Of a DNA stretch of 64,000 bases, positions 21,831 to 34,954 are shown piece by piece. Numbering within the stretch: position 1 is the stretch's first letter; every line of letters begins with the position of its first letter. Origin of the DNA: Iphione sp. A-MEVVRFRX5 (lineage: Eukaryota); contig OZ320316.1 in the NCBI GenBank assembly GCA_976226885.1, positions 107,818,001-107,882,000 of the forward strand. The letters run 5' to 3'. The translations under genes and the position numbers were made by a program. The notes beneath the pieces were generated by a model. The model worked only from the letters and a program-made list of their open reading frames with translations, made no database searches and was not told the DNA's origin.

Positions 21831-23400
21831 GTTGATGACGCCAAACTGGAGATGAAGACCACATATGGCGTGATGGTCTCCACATAGTAGATCATATATA
21901 AGAGGCCTCTGCCTACAGTAAGTTCAGTTCTTATCTGCCTTTTCAGATGTCAAACATCAAGGAGTAATGGATTACAGTAGGTGCTATGTGTCAAGCATGC
22001 CCACAACAATATTTCAAGTTAACGTTCTTCATATGTTACGATTCAGTCGGTATGCGTTTGTCCATTTGTACTAAACATACACAACACAACATGGCAACAC
22101 TGTCTTATTTACAGAAAGATGTGGCTGAATCATAGAAAGGTAAGTATACATAACCGTAGACAGGATGTATATAAAAAGACACACTTTGTATTTACAGTTG
22201 AACACTGCTGATCCAAGTGGAAGAGCCTGAGGGACGAAATAGTGAGGTGGAAAAGACTGAGCAAGGGGGAGAATCGTAGTGGTGCCAAGGCAAAAAAGAT
22301 TCAGACCTGGAAATTTTTCAAGGCCATGCAGTTCCTACTGCCGTATATTGGAGATCGGCCCACCATCTCCAGTGCCATTGTCTCTCAGACAAGTTCGCAG
22401 GAGATGATCGAACCATTGAGGGGAGGTGATGAGTCTCAAGGGGATCAACCAGGAACCTCCAGGGTGACTCCCAAACAACCCCAATGCCCAGACCACTGCA
22501 TCAAAAGTCAGTCGCCTACCAGTGATGAGGATGCAGACAATGTTGCAGAGCTTCCTCCAGCTATAGTGTCATCACCTGCTGTTGAAGTTGAGTAAGTTTT
22601 CTTTAAGCTATTAACACTTACATTTATATTTAGGTGCCAATGGTTACAGGTCTGAGAAAAGCTGCTCTTATCTCAGAATCTGCTCTTCTGAGCTGTTGGT
22701 AAGGCAATAATGTACAAAACATTTCCTCGGATTTACCTGCACAATCACATATCTGCATTCGCCTGTACACACTCTCATGAACACTTCCATGAAAAATCAC
22801 ATGTATATTTTCATTTCATTGCTTTTTAACCTGAAATATTTTCAATAATCTTCCATGTCATCCTTGAGTAGCAAACTAGTGTTTATTTAGAGATCATTAT
22901 ACATTGAATTAACACCAACCCTTACTTTGAATATGTTTCAGTGTTCTTTTTGTGCATTGGGGACAGAATCCTACACACTCACAGCTTTTGTCAGAAATGT
23001 TTACCAGTCTGGGTAGGCGATACAGTAAATCTGTTTTGTCATGATCATGAATCCAGACCCAAGATAGAACCTGCGACCTCTCAAGTACATACACATGGAC
23101 ACACTAACATACACACCTATATTAACAGACATTCTTTTATATACAATTTCAAACATTGGCACATACACACTCTCATAAAGACTCATTTTTGTTTGCAGTT
23201 CACAATTGCCAAAATGCCTGTCAGCTGAGCCTGCACCCAACCCTTGAAAGCGCAAGGCAGTGATGGAGAAGGAGAAGGCATTGGTTAAAGGAAGTATGGC
23301 ATCAGAACCTGAGGCAAAGGAAGACCCAATGCTGGTTTTAGATTTCAACCTCCAACCTACTTGTCGTGAAACTTGTTCCACATCCAAATAGTTGAAGGTT
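21831..23400 (+). pseudogene. Intron-containing MADF (Myb/SANT-like) gene remnant, probably Harbinger-derived
   Basis: An exon at about 22197-22595 reads SKWKSLRDEIVRWKRL…RSGAKAKK…WKFFKAMQFLLPYI (MADF C-terminal helix). GT-AG boundaries and in-frame stops are present. Confidence 0.65.
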
Positions 23401-23737
23401 TGATGATCGCCCGGGATTGCATTGAGGGGAGTCAATAAGTTATGTCTGGGTGTCTCTCAGTCTAGGTAAAGCATTAACAACTATGCCAAGGCTGTAATGA
23501 TGATATAAAAGTTCTTTGACTGGTAATAAGCATGACTGAGGAAGGACACTCCAAAATGTAGTTTTCAGAAGTTTTATTGAAGACAACACCAATGGGGTGA
23601 TTGTCTCCTACTTGACAGCACTGAGTTTTAAATAAAGACTATACTTGCCTTGACAGTTTGATGTGGCAGAATACCAAAAAGATTGTAAATATGAATGGAG
23701 GCAGAAGAGTCAAAGCACAAAGTTCTGTACAGAATAT

Positions 23738-24430
23738 ATACCTTACTGTATGTTGATTAGGTAGAACGTACCAACACAACACAGTGAATTCAATTATAAG
23801 TTGTTTTTAATTCCCAACATTTCGAACATTCAGTAGTTCTTCTTCAGGGGTTCATACCTTACTGTATGTTTGAAAGTCCAATGCAGTGTACTAGCATGAC
23901 CAGGCCTATGGAGCATATAGTCAGTGGTAGGCCCTGGGCTGGTGTAGGTAGATCTGTACTGGTCTGCTCCCTGCTCCTGACTGACTGCTGGCGGCTGGGA
24001 GCTAGCTGTTTTTATAGTCAGCTCCCTTCTAATTGGCCCCTATGTCTAAAGTGAGGGTCCCGTGGACCCTCTCTAACTAACTTCATTCTATAATAATTTC
24101 CTGATATAAAACATATATTACTGCAAACTTGTGAACTTGTTGATAGGAATCCTATACAAAGTTTACATATTAATGAGTTTGTTGATAGGATTTTATCCAA
24201 AGTTTCCGATCCTTATATATACCTATGTATAGGGTTAGGGTCACCCTAAATCCATTCTAAACATATTTGAATAACATTTAACAAACATTATTACATCTAA
24301 CTTACGTTTGATTTGGAGATTTATACAATGTTTTAATATTTGAGGGATTTGATAACTTAACATCCTCCCAAGCACTGAAAAAGCTGTGTTGCCAATATAT
24401 GTGCTGTCAAGTGGAGAGTAACACAAAAGT
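23738..24430 (-). mobile_element. Penelope-like element 3' remnant (pLTR with ribozyme motif; possible GIY-YIG remnant)
   Basis: A hammerhead motif lies between 17-bp direct repeats ATACCTTACTGTATGTT (23738-23754, 23854-23870). There is an upstream TATAAAA. TYIGNT…KHC at about 24300-24420 resembles a YIG motif. Confidence 0.6.
23813..23850 (-). ncRNA. Minimal (Penelope-type) hammerhead ribozyme motif
   Basis: The minus strand reads CCC-CTGAAGA-A-GAAC(tactgaat)GTTC-GAAA-TG-TT-GGG: catalytic core boxes, helix II and helix I pairing. Confidence 0.65.
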
Positions 24431-24855
24431 CACAAAATCAATGAATACAACATACACACTCAACTATGGAACACAATAACAATATTACATGAAAGTTGGT
24501 AATGTTAAAAGCAAATGTCTTTTTGTAAGTACAATGGACAGTGCCCAATGCAGCATTTATGTCTAATGGATAAGATCAATAATTTGTTTTGCAACAAACC
24601 ATGGACAATAACATAACCATTATTGTTTTAACTATGAGGTGTACATTGAGATGCGGCAATGACTGCTGATACATATTTTTGCCCAAGATTCGTTACTTGT
24701 ATCAGTCAGCCCAGCGATGCAACAATGTATGATAATACAAATTGATAACTAATCAAACTCACAAACCAATTAGGTGCTTGACCCAAACCAATATATCTAT
24801 GATTGCAAAGGATATACCTGAAGTATAACATTAGATCTGGCAAGTAAAAGGTACT

Positions 24856-25656
24856 TTACACATAATCATCAGATGCCAGACTTTCAGTAGAGTCTGCATA
24901 ACATGAGTTAAATAACCTGACAACATTATTCTGTTTCTTCTGGTCATGAATATTGGAGACTGAGGCTGGCTCCTCAATAAACTCACTGACATCTAATTTT
25001 GCAAGTAGCTCATTATAGACAGGAGGGGAGGAAATGATTGATTCAGCTCTCTTGGTCTGCTTACTGGGGGAGGCAGAAGGATGGGATGATGGAGGACAGA
25101 CAGTCATTGAGGGTAAGGCTGGGTATAAACCATTTTGTAAGGGCTGGGCCCATCCCTGTTCCCCTAGAATGATAGCATGGGCCGGGAGATCCTTGATTGT
25201 GTTACAGAGGTGGTTGATATGGCAGCCTTTCCACAAGGGCACTTTTATGATCACAGGCAGAGTTACTTTACGTGTTGAGATAGTATCAGATCTATACAGT
25301 GGGTTGGAGTAGTTCAAGTGGACCGAATAGGAGAGACAGTGCCTCTCAACAGAGAATTTTGTTACTTTCGGGACAAAAAATGTGGTTGATGGGAGGGCAT
25401 TAGTCCTGAATTCATGGAGTAGGAGGGTGGTATGGTCACGGGATGAACCTATCTTGAGAATGCGGAATCCTGAGGGTGATGGTAGGGGACCTGTGTCCGT
25501 TGACCTGTGTGAACAATATCTAATGACTGTTTGGACAAACTTGCAGAGGACCCATTCTTGGAGTGGGGAATCCGGGCACTTGCAGAGAGCAGAGTGTAAA
25601 CAAAGGGTTGTCAAAGCAATTTTCACACAGATTTCAAAGGTGTCATATGAAACCAT
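24856..25656 (-). CDS. Unknown 266-aa Cys/His-containing ORF downstream of the env-like remnant
   Basis: Long open frame in otherwise stop-rich DNA. No domain recognised. Confidence 0.4.
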   Translation of the reverse strand: MVSYDTFEICVKIALTTLCLHSALCKCPDSPLQEWVLCKFVQTVIRYCSHRSTDTGPLPSPSGFRILKIGSSRDHTTLLLHEFRTNALPSTTFFVPKVTKFSVERHCLSYSVHLNYSNPLYRSDTISTRKVTLPVIIKVPLWKGCHINHLCNTIKDLPAHAIILGEQGWAQPLQNGLYPALPSMTVCPPSSHPSASPSKQTKRAESIISSPPVYNELLAKLDVSEFIEEPASVSNIHDQKKQNNVVRLFNSCYADSTESLASDDYV

Positions 25657-26219
25657 TGTGACAAATGCATAGGTTTATCCTCAATCTTAAGGACTACATT
25701 AGTGTTTAGATAAGAATCCTCTGCTAAAATTTCTAATTAAGCAAAAAGACTACAGAGGTGAAAAGTGGGTGATAATCAGGGAGTTTCTGCATATTCTAAT
25801 GTGAACTCTAAGGCCTGGTGAAAACAAACTAATGATAATTTTGACAAATGCACTCCATCGTAAGGTAGTTTTACATGTGTGTTCATCATAATATCAGAAT
25901 TAGCATTCAAATCATTGTCAAATGATTATTATAGACATAAACATTATAATAGCTCAAAGAGTGAAACCCACTCTCTTTCACCTCCACCCCAGGCAACATG
26001 ACCTATATTGGACTAAAGCTACCAAGCTTATCAGCTGCTGTGACGTCATGCCCACTTGAAGAATATGCAGAAGAGGACACTTGCCACTACTTGGGATGTG
26101 TCAACATGATTGAAGTTAACCTCTATGTTGGGTGAGGGGGTGAAGGTTGGTCAATTGTTGGTCCTAGAAGCACTGGTGCAGCATCAGACAATGTGGCTAT
26201 ACTCATATAAGGACAAATT

Positions 26220-27190
26220 TGTTCATTTTTATGGATAGATAGATCACCAATACCAGAAGAATGATAGTGACAGCAGAGTGGATTGAGTTTCATACCCATA
26301 TAACAGGGTTAGCAACCTCTTGGGCTTGCATTGAGAGCCAGGTTTGCCAATGTGACATTTGCTTGCTGCGTCTTACGGATTCTTGGCAGGATTTTTCTAT
26401 GTCTGCTGCCACTTTTGTGAGGTCCACACCTGTATTTTTAGGGAGTGCCTGTGATAGGTTAAACAGAGGAACCTCATTCAACTGAATGTTGAATAAAAAT
26501 GAGTCATTAAATGTAGCAGAGGCTGTAAAATTTGAGAGGGATAAGTTAAATGTACCTGCTAAGGCTAGAATGATACCATGGATGGGTAGTTGTGTCTGAA
26601 TTTTGTTACAGGATGTAGATGGCTGTATTTTGTATGGGCCTACTATGAGAGTGCAGTTGCAGGGGAGTTCATATGTGCAGAGAGAACAGTTGAGAGTGTC
26701 TCTTTTCTCTGAACATGTGGTGAATACTGGAGCTGTGCTTGCTGAGATAAGTACTGAGTTATTAAGGATACGTACAGTAGAATCTTGATTTCCGACCAGT
26801 GGTTGGGTCCGGCCGAAAATGGTCACAATAACAAGTTTGGTCAGAAATTGATCGTTGTTAACCATAGAAATATATACTTTGGGTTCCCCTTTAGGTGGTC
26901 GTAATAGGCAGAAAGGTTGGAACTTGATATGGTCGGAAATTAAGACTTCACTGTATATGGAGTCATGGTTGCATTTTGGTGAACTGTGAATTGGCATAAT
27001 TGGTGTGCAAGGTCATGTCTGTCATATAAAAGTGCTGTACAGCATGCTTCAAGTGGTTTGGTGTTGAGCAGTGGTAAGTGCTTACAAACACGGATGTCAC
27101 GGCCTTGGCAGAGAGTCATGTCGTGGTGACAAAATTCTATAAAACTTTTTTGAAATTTACTAAGCTACATTTCAATTTGTTACTATTAAC
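26220..27190 (-). pseudogene. env: env-like (baculovirus F-type fusion protein) C-terminal remnant from an LTR element
   Basis: Cys pattern ACCTALLYDRHDLAHQLCQF and TCSE…NCSLCTYELPCNCTL…C; several N-x-S/T sites; C-terminal hydrophobic stretch VTIILLVLVIYLSIK. Frameshifts are present. Confidence 0.55.
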
Positions 27191-27795
27191 AGACCTCAGA
27201 TGGCTCTAAGCTGCCCAAAAGGATACTTTAGTAAATCAAATCACACTTATTGTTACCCCTGAAGAAGGCAAATTATACGCCGAAATGTTGGGACTTCTGA
27301 ATAAAGCCACCCTAAAACTTACTCTGTTGTCTTGTTGGTGTGTTCATCCTATCCGACTATACAGCCTACACTACCACACTAGTATCCTACCGTGGGATCC
27401 GAGACAACAAGAGTCAGCCACCAGTCCCAATTTTGTTACACAAACCGACACATTACCTACCCAAGGATAGTAACCTAGCATCCCATATAGGATCTGGGGA
27501 CAAGAGGCTCAACAGGCCCGATTGGCATATAGCCATATCAATATATCAATGGCATCGACTTCAAACACCTTACAGATCCCTGACCACTGATTGAGGTCCC
27601 CAACACCAATGCCTAACAGGCGCATACCTGACGACTCAGTGCCCTATTTCCGCATCCTACGAAAAGTGGCACTGGGTAAAATTAAGGCTAAACACCATGC
27701 AGAATACCTACGAGATACAAAAAAATACCGCGAGGATTACACATCAGGCAAAGAGATCAAGAACCTCTCTAGTAGAGAATTAACCACTGTCGAGA
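27190..27795 (+). mobile_element. Penelope-like element 5' fragment (pLTR + ORF N-terminus)
   Basis: A hammerhead motif and AATAAA (27300-27305) are followed by KIKAKHHAEYL…IKNLSSRELT, which resembles PLE N-terminal motifs. The sequence then switches abruptly to LINE RT. Confidence 0.6.
27256..27292 (+). ncRNA. Minimal (Penelope-type) hammerhead ribozyme motif
   Basis: CCC-CTGAAGA-A-GGC(aaattatac)GCC-GAAA-TG-TT-GGG. Confidence 0.65.
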
Positions 27796-28190
27796 TGTCA
27801 GTCAACTATGGGGTACCACAAGGCTTGGTCTTTGGACCGATCGTGTTCTCCATAGTGATCCATGAGGTGGTGAGTAGTATGCCACCGGGAGCAGATGTCA
27901 CCATGTATGCTGATGATCTCACCATTGTGGCTGCTGCACCAGACCTACTGAGGCTGAGAGGTGTTGCTCAACTGGCCACTGATAAGGTTGCTGCTTGGTG
28001 CAAGCAGGTTGGCCTACTATTAAGTGTGAGCAAATGCACCTATATGGTGCTGGGTAAAGCTTCTGACATGACGCTAGACATCATGCTAGATGGGGTAACT
28101 CTAGAGGCTGTACCTAAAATGAAGCTGCTAGGCTACATGCTGGATTCGCACCTGTGGTTAAAAAGCCTTGTCGTGCCTAAGCGTGATGCT
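27795..28190 (+). pseudogene. RT fragment of a LINE A-related family
   Basis: Contains YGVPQGLVFGP, TMYADDL and MKLLGY. Confidence 0.85.
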
Positions 28191-30611
28191 TAAAATGGGG
28201 AGGCGTCGCAAGCATGCAGTGTATGGCATTTACCGCCCACCACACGACAGGATGAAAGACAGTATAAGGGAGCTTGAAAGGGTGGCCAACCATATTAAAT
28301 CAATGTGCAGATGTGATGCCACAATAGCTGGTGATCTAAACTGATTACAAAGGAAGAGAGCGAACTGGAGTAGGTATTACTGACCTACTGACTATTAGGG
28401 GGTTCTCTCAACTAGTCAACACCGGAACAATGATTGCATCTGAACGCATTAATGACCAAATCTGGGTCAATTTCACAGGTAGGTTAACGAGCGATGTGCT
28501 TGAGTGGTCAATGAGTGACCACCTGCCTGTACTAGCTATACTGAAAAAGGGTATGGCTAGACTGCAAACCGAAAAGAGATCATTCAGGAGATGGAAAGAC
28601 CTAAACTATGACAACCTTCAGGAGGTGGTCAAACAGAAGGGTGGTCTCGCGAAGAGAGAAGATGCGGAGGCGGCCTGGGAACAATTCGCCTCGTGCACAA
28701 GATCAGCACTGGAGGAGCTATGCCCAACAAAGACCAGGAATGTGAGACATCAAGCTGATGGATTCCGCCCGAGTCGTGAAACTCTGGAACTCATCGCCGA
28801 TAAAAAGTACTTCTTCCAGAAATGGAAGAAACACAGATGCATCGATGCACTCAGAATCTTTAAGCATCTGAATAAGCAGGTGAGGCGCTCGTTACTGCAG
28901 GATCAGCGAGAATTTTGGAAGCTGAAACTACAAGAAGCTAGAGGCAGTACCTCGAAAACATGGGGGATCCTAAATGAAGTACTAGGGCGTGGAAAGGGAG
29001 AAATGAAACTGCCGAATAAGGACATTGCTAATGATGGACAAGGAGAAACAGTGGCCGAAAAACTGAACAACTATTTCATAGATGAAGTTGCGGCACTGGC
29101 ACCTCAGATTACAAAACCTGACATGGAGGTGAAATCGCGAAACACTCAGACTTTCGAGATCACACTCCCACCTCCGTCTGAACTAAGATCCCTCATTAAC
29201 AAAATCAATGTCAATAAAGCGTCCAGAGTTGAAGGGGTTCCGACGAAGATTCTAAAACATCTTCTCCTTGCCAACCTTGACTTCTTGCATTGGATCTTTG
29301 ACTCCATAGTCAAGAATGGGAGTTACCCAGGGACATGGTGATGTAGACACACTGGGAAACTACCGTCCTGTATCTATACTTCCACTACCTGGGAAACTTT
29401 TTGAAAAATGGTTCGTGGCTGACCTTATGAGACAGCTAGACAAAAGAAGATTCATCAGCAACAAGCAGCACGGTTTTCGACCACAAAGAAGCACGGAGAC
29501 AGCGGTTACCTACATCATGGGGAAGGCGATGGAACAGATGAATGCTGGATTGTACTGCTGCCTCCTGGCTTTTGACATGCGTAAAGCGTTTGATCTCGTG
29601 CCACCGGCGGAAGTGCTAAGAAGACTGGAGGTGGCAGGGGCAAGCCAAAACATCAGGAGGTTGGTCCGTAGCTACTTAGGCGACAGACAACAGTTCGTCT
29701 GATGCTACAACAAGGACTCCAGACTGCGAAGGATCAAGCATGGCATGCCGCAAGGGTCAGTGTTTGGCCCTGCGGCCTTCTGTCTGGTGATAGACGAGTT
29801 GGTACAGCACCTTCCATGCCACAGTGACGCAGTTCTTTACGCTGATGATTTGTCAATCATCGTCAGAGCGAAAGACTTACTGAGGCTTTGAGGGGCTTGC
29901 CAACGCAGCATCGACATTGTATCAACGTGGTGTAGTGGAAAAGGGCTGCTACTATCGGAAGGCAAATGTTGTTACATGCCTATGGGGAGAGCAGCCGGTA
30001 TGCCACTGGACCTTACTGTCAATGATCAGGGACTGGCGCTATGCACCAAAATGAGACTCTTAGGCTATATGCTAGATGCCAAATTGAAAGGAAATGAAGC
30101 CCTAAAGGACATGAAGACCAAAATGTGATCAGCGTCCTTGAAAGTGGCTAGAGCAAAAAAGCTCTTACCGTGGCACACGCTTCTGAATCTGTTCAAAGCA
30201 CTTGTGTTACCACACTTGCACTTTGGAGCAATAGTGTTATACAGTTGTTCCAAAGCTGGGTGGTGTAATATGCAGCTCCACCTAAACAGATGTGTCAGAA
30301 TGTGCCTTCAACACGACCCCGGGCAGACTGCATGGAGTATCTGCCAGAGAGGCGGCATAGAGCGGGTAGAGGACTTGATTGAGTGGAGAGCATTTGCTGC
30401 CATTCATAGACAGGTCGTCCTCGACCTGCTACCCAAGGCTGAACATTCAAGGACACGGCGAGGACACACGACTATAATCAAGGTCGATCGTCCAAAGAGT
30501 AGGTCCTTCAGTCGCTGCCTTCGTTACCGAGCAGCATTACGATGGAATGACCTGCCAGAATTCCAGAAACACCAACTCAATCTAACAAAAATCAGAGAGC
30601 ATCGCTTGTAA
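28190..30611 (+). mobile_element. LINE D: decayed 5'-truncated APE-RT copy related to LINE A
   Basis: Contains YGIYRPP, AGDLN, MSDHLP, NYRPVSILP, FDMRKAFD and LYADD, with many frameshifts and stops. Confidence 0.9.
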
Positions 30612-31458
30612 CTATGGAATCAGGGGTGCTACACCAAAAGGCAAAGTATCGACCGCATGACCTACACCATACTCAAGCGGGCAGCAAGTAGCTCCTTGTG
30701 TTAGATGTGAGCATAGAGGAGGGAGGGAGGGTATAGCAATAGACAGTGATGGCCATGTAATTACAATGGTGAACCATGGCCGCACAAGCTCTGTAGCTAA
30801 GTGTGTATGGAGGTGTACAAGAATAGGTGGGAGTGTGTGTGTAATGGAGGGTATTGGGATGATGCACTGGGGTTATAGGAAGGATGTATAAGAGAGTAAA
30901 AGTGCAGTAAAAGTAGATCATATGAACTGCAATGTATGACAGGGTCGGTCAGCTGTTAAAAGACCATAGCAAGAAGGGCGAGCTTGTAAAAGATGCAGAA
31001 ATGGCATCAAGTATGCATGTGAGGATGTGGATACTGCACTAGCCAGCTGCCATACTGTCAATAGTTGGGATAAAAGCATGAGTAGGCTGGTAATATGGTA
31101 TGGATGTTACATAATATAACATGCGAATGGGTGATGCAAGTGTGGTTATGAGACGTAATGTAAGTGGTAACTACAAGCGGAGTATACAAGCATGGCTAGA
31201 TGAGGTGGGCATCAGAAGTAAGGACTACACCGAGAGGTATGTGTGAAAGGATTAATGAGGATGTACAACAGATGTAATCTACACCGTGACTGGAGCTGAG
31301 ATTGAATTGAATTGAATTGAATAGAATTTTATTGTCTGATTTTCTTCTCCATTGGGAGCTCTTCATAGGTTGACAGTAGATGTGTGGTACAGTGAATAAA
31401 CAGATAATTGAAAACATTCATGTAAGTATACAGTACATCAGGGGTTGTTGCAGCATAT

Positions 31459-34233
31459 TCAAAGTATTTGTATTATTCTTTTTGTGAACTCACGCATCGT
31501 TACACTCAGTTTTGTTTCCATCTTTAGTGCATTCCACATTCTTATGCCTATGTCAAAAATACTGTTTCTAACAAGTCTGTTCTTACTGTTATATAGGACC
31601 AAGTTCCATTCTTTGCCTTTCCTTGTTTTTGTTTTCCCTTTACTAGCATATTTATTCACAAGCACCCCAGCGTGTATTAGTTGGTATGCACCAAGTCTGA
31701 TTCTATTATGTAGGCTCTGAATTTGACCAGTTAGTATTGAGTTCCCTTGTTTACTGGTGGAGATGATCGCTTTGGCACATCTTATATATGTCTTGTTGAG
31801 TTGTGATATATATCCCTTATTAGTGCCTATAATGAAGGGCACGATATAATCAATATGGGGATATATGTAAGCTTTAAATAAGTCAATCCTCGTTTTGGGC
31901 GGGATGTATCTTTTCATTTTTGCTATACGATATGCACTAAGCCAAATCTTTCGGATCGTTTCATTTATGGATTCCTTCCAATTCAGCTTCTCATTAAGAG
32001 TATAACCTAATATTTTTACTGTAGGGGATCTTTTCAAGGTAAAATTTTTGTAGTTCACTGACTGGAGAGGTATGTTTTTGGTATTTAGAAGGCAGAAGGA
32101 GCATTTTTCGTAGCTTAGTTGTAGTTTGTTACTATCACACCATTTCACAATATGGCCAAACGCATCGCTTATATTGCTTTCTAGGTCTTTTACTGTTTTC
32201 CCACCAATAATACATGTTATGTCGTCTGCATATACAACAATGCTAGTGTTTTTTGGAATATTGTCTGCAATGCTATTGATACTAAGGGCGAAGCCTAAAG
32301 GGCCAAATATGCTTCCTTGTGGAATGCCAATTGATTTAGGAAGTTTTCCAGAGGAGTAACCATTTATTTTAACATATTGTGTTCTGTTTCTGAAATAATC
32401 TTTTATCAGATTTAATACGTTGGGTGGAGCACCTTCTGCTTCTAATACATTGACAATAATGTTGTGGTTAAGGATATCAAAGGCTTTTTTCAGGTCAAAT
32501 ACAGCGATTGCAACATAATTTCCATCTATTACATGATCTAGGGTATGGACTAAGACATCTGTTATGGCTGTCTTTGTAGATCTCTTTGGAAGGAATCCGT
32601 GTTGGCACTTGGACCAGAACCGTGTACGGCTTAATTCAGATATAAGGATTTTACAGAATATTTTTTCAAAAATTTTTCCAATTAATGGTAGGGTACTAAT
32701 AGGTCGATAATTTTGGATTTCATCTTTACTGCCCTTCTTGAAAACAGGTACAACTTTTGCAGTTTTCCAGCTGTCAATGTAAGTACCATTTTGAATAAGG
32801 AGATTGAATAGAGTAGTTAAATCACTTACGAGGATAGATAGTGCATCTTTACATATAGTTGCATTTTCTATTTCTGGGATATTTGTAGATTTGGTACAGT
32901 CGATCTTACTTACTGCGTCAGCTACATCGGCCTCGGTGATCACCCTGAAGGTAATCGGTCCTGTTCCATTACGTCTGCATTCGAAACTGGTGGGCTGGAG
33001 CGGCTGCGTTATCTCATTGATACTGTCTATGAAGTACTTAGTGAAAATTGTTGGTAGATCGATATCTCTTACAGGTTTGTGATTAATTTTTATGCTAATA
33101 GATTCTTTAGATGCCTTACTCCCAATGATTTCCTGTATTGTGTTCCACAACTTTTTGGCATTCCTAGCCATGGATAATAATTTCTGTCTATAATAGATTT
33201 CGTACCAAATTTTAAGTTCATATTTCACCTTTTTATCGAGATACATGTAGATGTTATGGGCATCTATATCATTGAATTTTCTGTATTTCTTTAAAAAATA
33301 TCTCCTGTCTTTTATTAATTCAGTTAGGCCAGGACTTAGTTTGACTCTTCGCCTCCGTTTGCTATCACAGCGTTTCTTGTTTAGAGGGCATAGAGTATTG
33401 TAAGCTGTCACAATGGTGGTGTATATATTATTCCATAATAATTCTGGTATGGTGTCAGTGGCGTAACTGGAGTTTTCCTCAATTAGCTGTTTTAAATTTT
33501 AATAAGAGTATTTAGCCAAATTTCTTCGGGGGGGATTAGCGTAGGTACCAGGTTTAAGATTAATTCCAGTTTTGTAGTTGACGGCGATACCAAGATGGTC
33601 ACTATACGATATAGGGGATATACGTGGATTATTAAGGGAGTGGGAATTGGTGAATAACAAATCATTGGTGTTGGTGCCTTCTACCATGGTACTGCCCTGT
33701 ATCTGTTGCGTGAGCCCATATTGACTGAGGATAGAGGATAGCCTTTTCACATATACATTACCGAGGCTCCATCCCATATTGAAGTCACCAATAACTAAGA
33801 TTCGTATGGCTGGGTGAGGTTGCCATTTTGTTAATACTGAACTAAATTGAATAATGAAATCTTTGACTGATTCGCCAGGTGGTCGGTAGATAGTCATAAT
33901 ATACAACGGCTTGAGTTTACTGTATGATACCTTTACAGTAAGTAGTTCAAACAAGTCCGTGTTAACCGATAGCTCACTTACATGTTCAATAGTGGTACCT
34001 TGTTGTGCATATACAATAATACCTCCACCATTTTTCTTTTTTACAGACAGGCGGTCTTGCCTTACACTATTATAACCGTTCAGTTGAATAGCACCAACAG
34101 GGATTTTTTTACTTAACCAGGTTTCTGTCATACACACGATCCACGCTCTGCTGGATAATATATCATCATGTACAATACTTTTTTTATGAAACAGGCTGCG
34201 TACATTAAAGTGATATATGGTGCGCTTAACCAT
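31459..34233 (-). pseudogene. LINE C ORF2 APE-RT (one in-frame TAA at 33499-33501)
   Basis: Track ORFs 33499..34233 (HFNVRSL, TETWL, IGDFN, SDH) and 31459..33411 (NYRPIS, FDLKKAFD, GIPQG, VYADD) are in the same frame. Confidence 0.93.
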
Positions 34234-34263
34234 TTTCTTGCTTCGAGGTGGTAAGTATGTTCC

Positions 34264-34870
34264 TTAATAATTGAGATGCCAGAACGTTTCAGCCAGGAAT
34301 TTCCTAATTTCACAATACCAGCGGAAAACAACATCATCAGGCACCTCATCATCGTCATTGACTAAATAATCTCTGAAAGTGACATGATACCCTAATATAT
34401 TTACAGGGGAGCTGGTATCTGGTGTAGCATAACCGTTATATGCATTCATGCTCTCCGCTAGCCCATTGTATATGGCAATATGCAAGTTCAGGTCCCTCTG
34501 GGCACGCGGCAGTTGGTTAGCAATATTGTACAGGGAGAAATATAACGGTGTGTGAGTAGGGTCTGAACGCTATATTAGATATAGCTTGCATAAGTTCCCA
34601 AGTGTCATATTGATATGCTGCCGACGTCTCATACCTTACATGCTGTCCATTCTGTGTTGTGACTACCATGGAATGTAGACCTGGCAGATAGACGAAGGTG
34701 ATATTCGACTCCAATACCTCAATATGTTGGATCCTATGTAGAATATCCTCGAGTGTCGCTTCCGGAACAACAATCGTTGTCCAGTCAACATAGTCCCCGA
34801 GAATATTTTCTGTCATCCTGGCGAAGTCGTGCCCTCTGTCGTCTGTTATAAAGTTGACCACAGGTGTCAT
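34264..34870 (-). pseudogene. LINE C SGNH-like ORF (frameshift near 34520; catalytic motifs degenerate)
   Basis: FITDDRG sits at the block I position and IYNGLAESMNAYNGYATP is similar to the B ORF. It occupies the same slot between ORF1 and ORF2. Confidence 0.5.
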
Positions 34871-34954
34871 TGCGGGTGCTGGAAAACAAGGGGGTAGTGC
34901 AAGTAGAATTCCCGCGGGGCTGTGTTCGGGTAACAGAGGTGAACTGAGCTGAGT

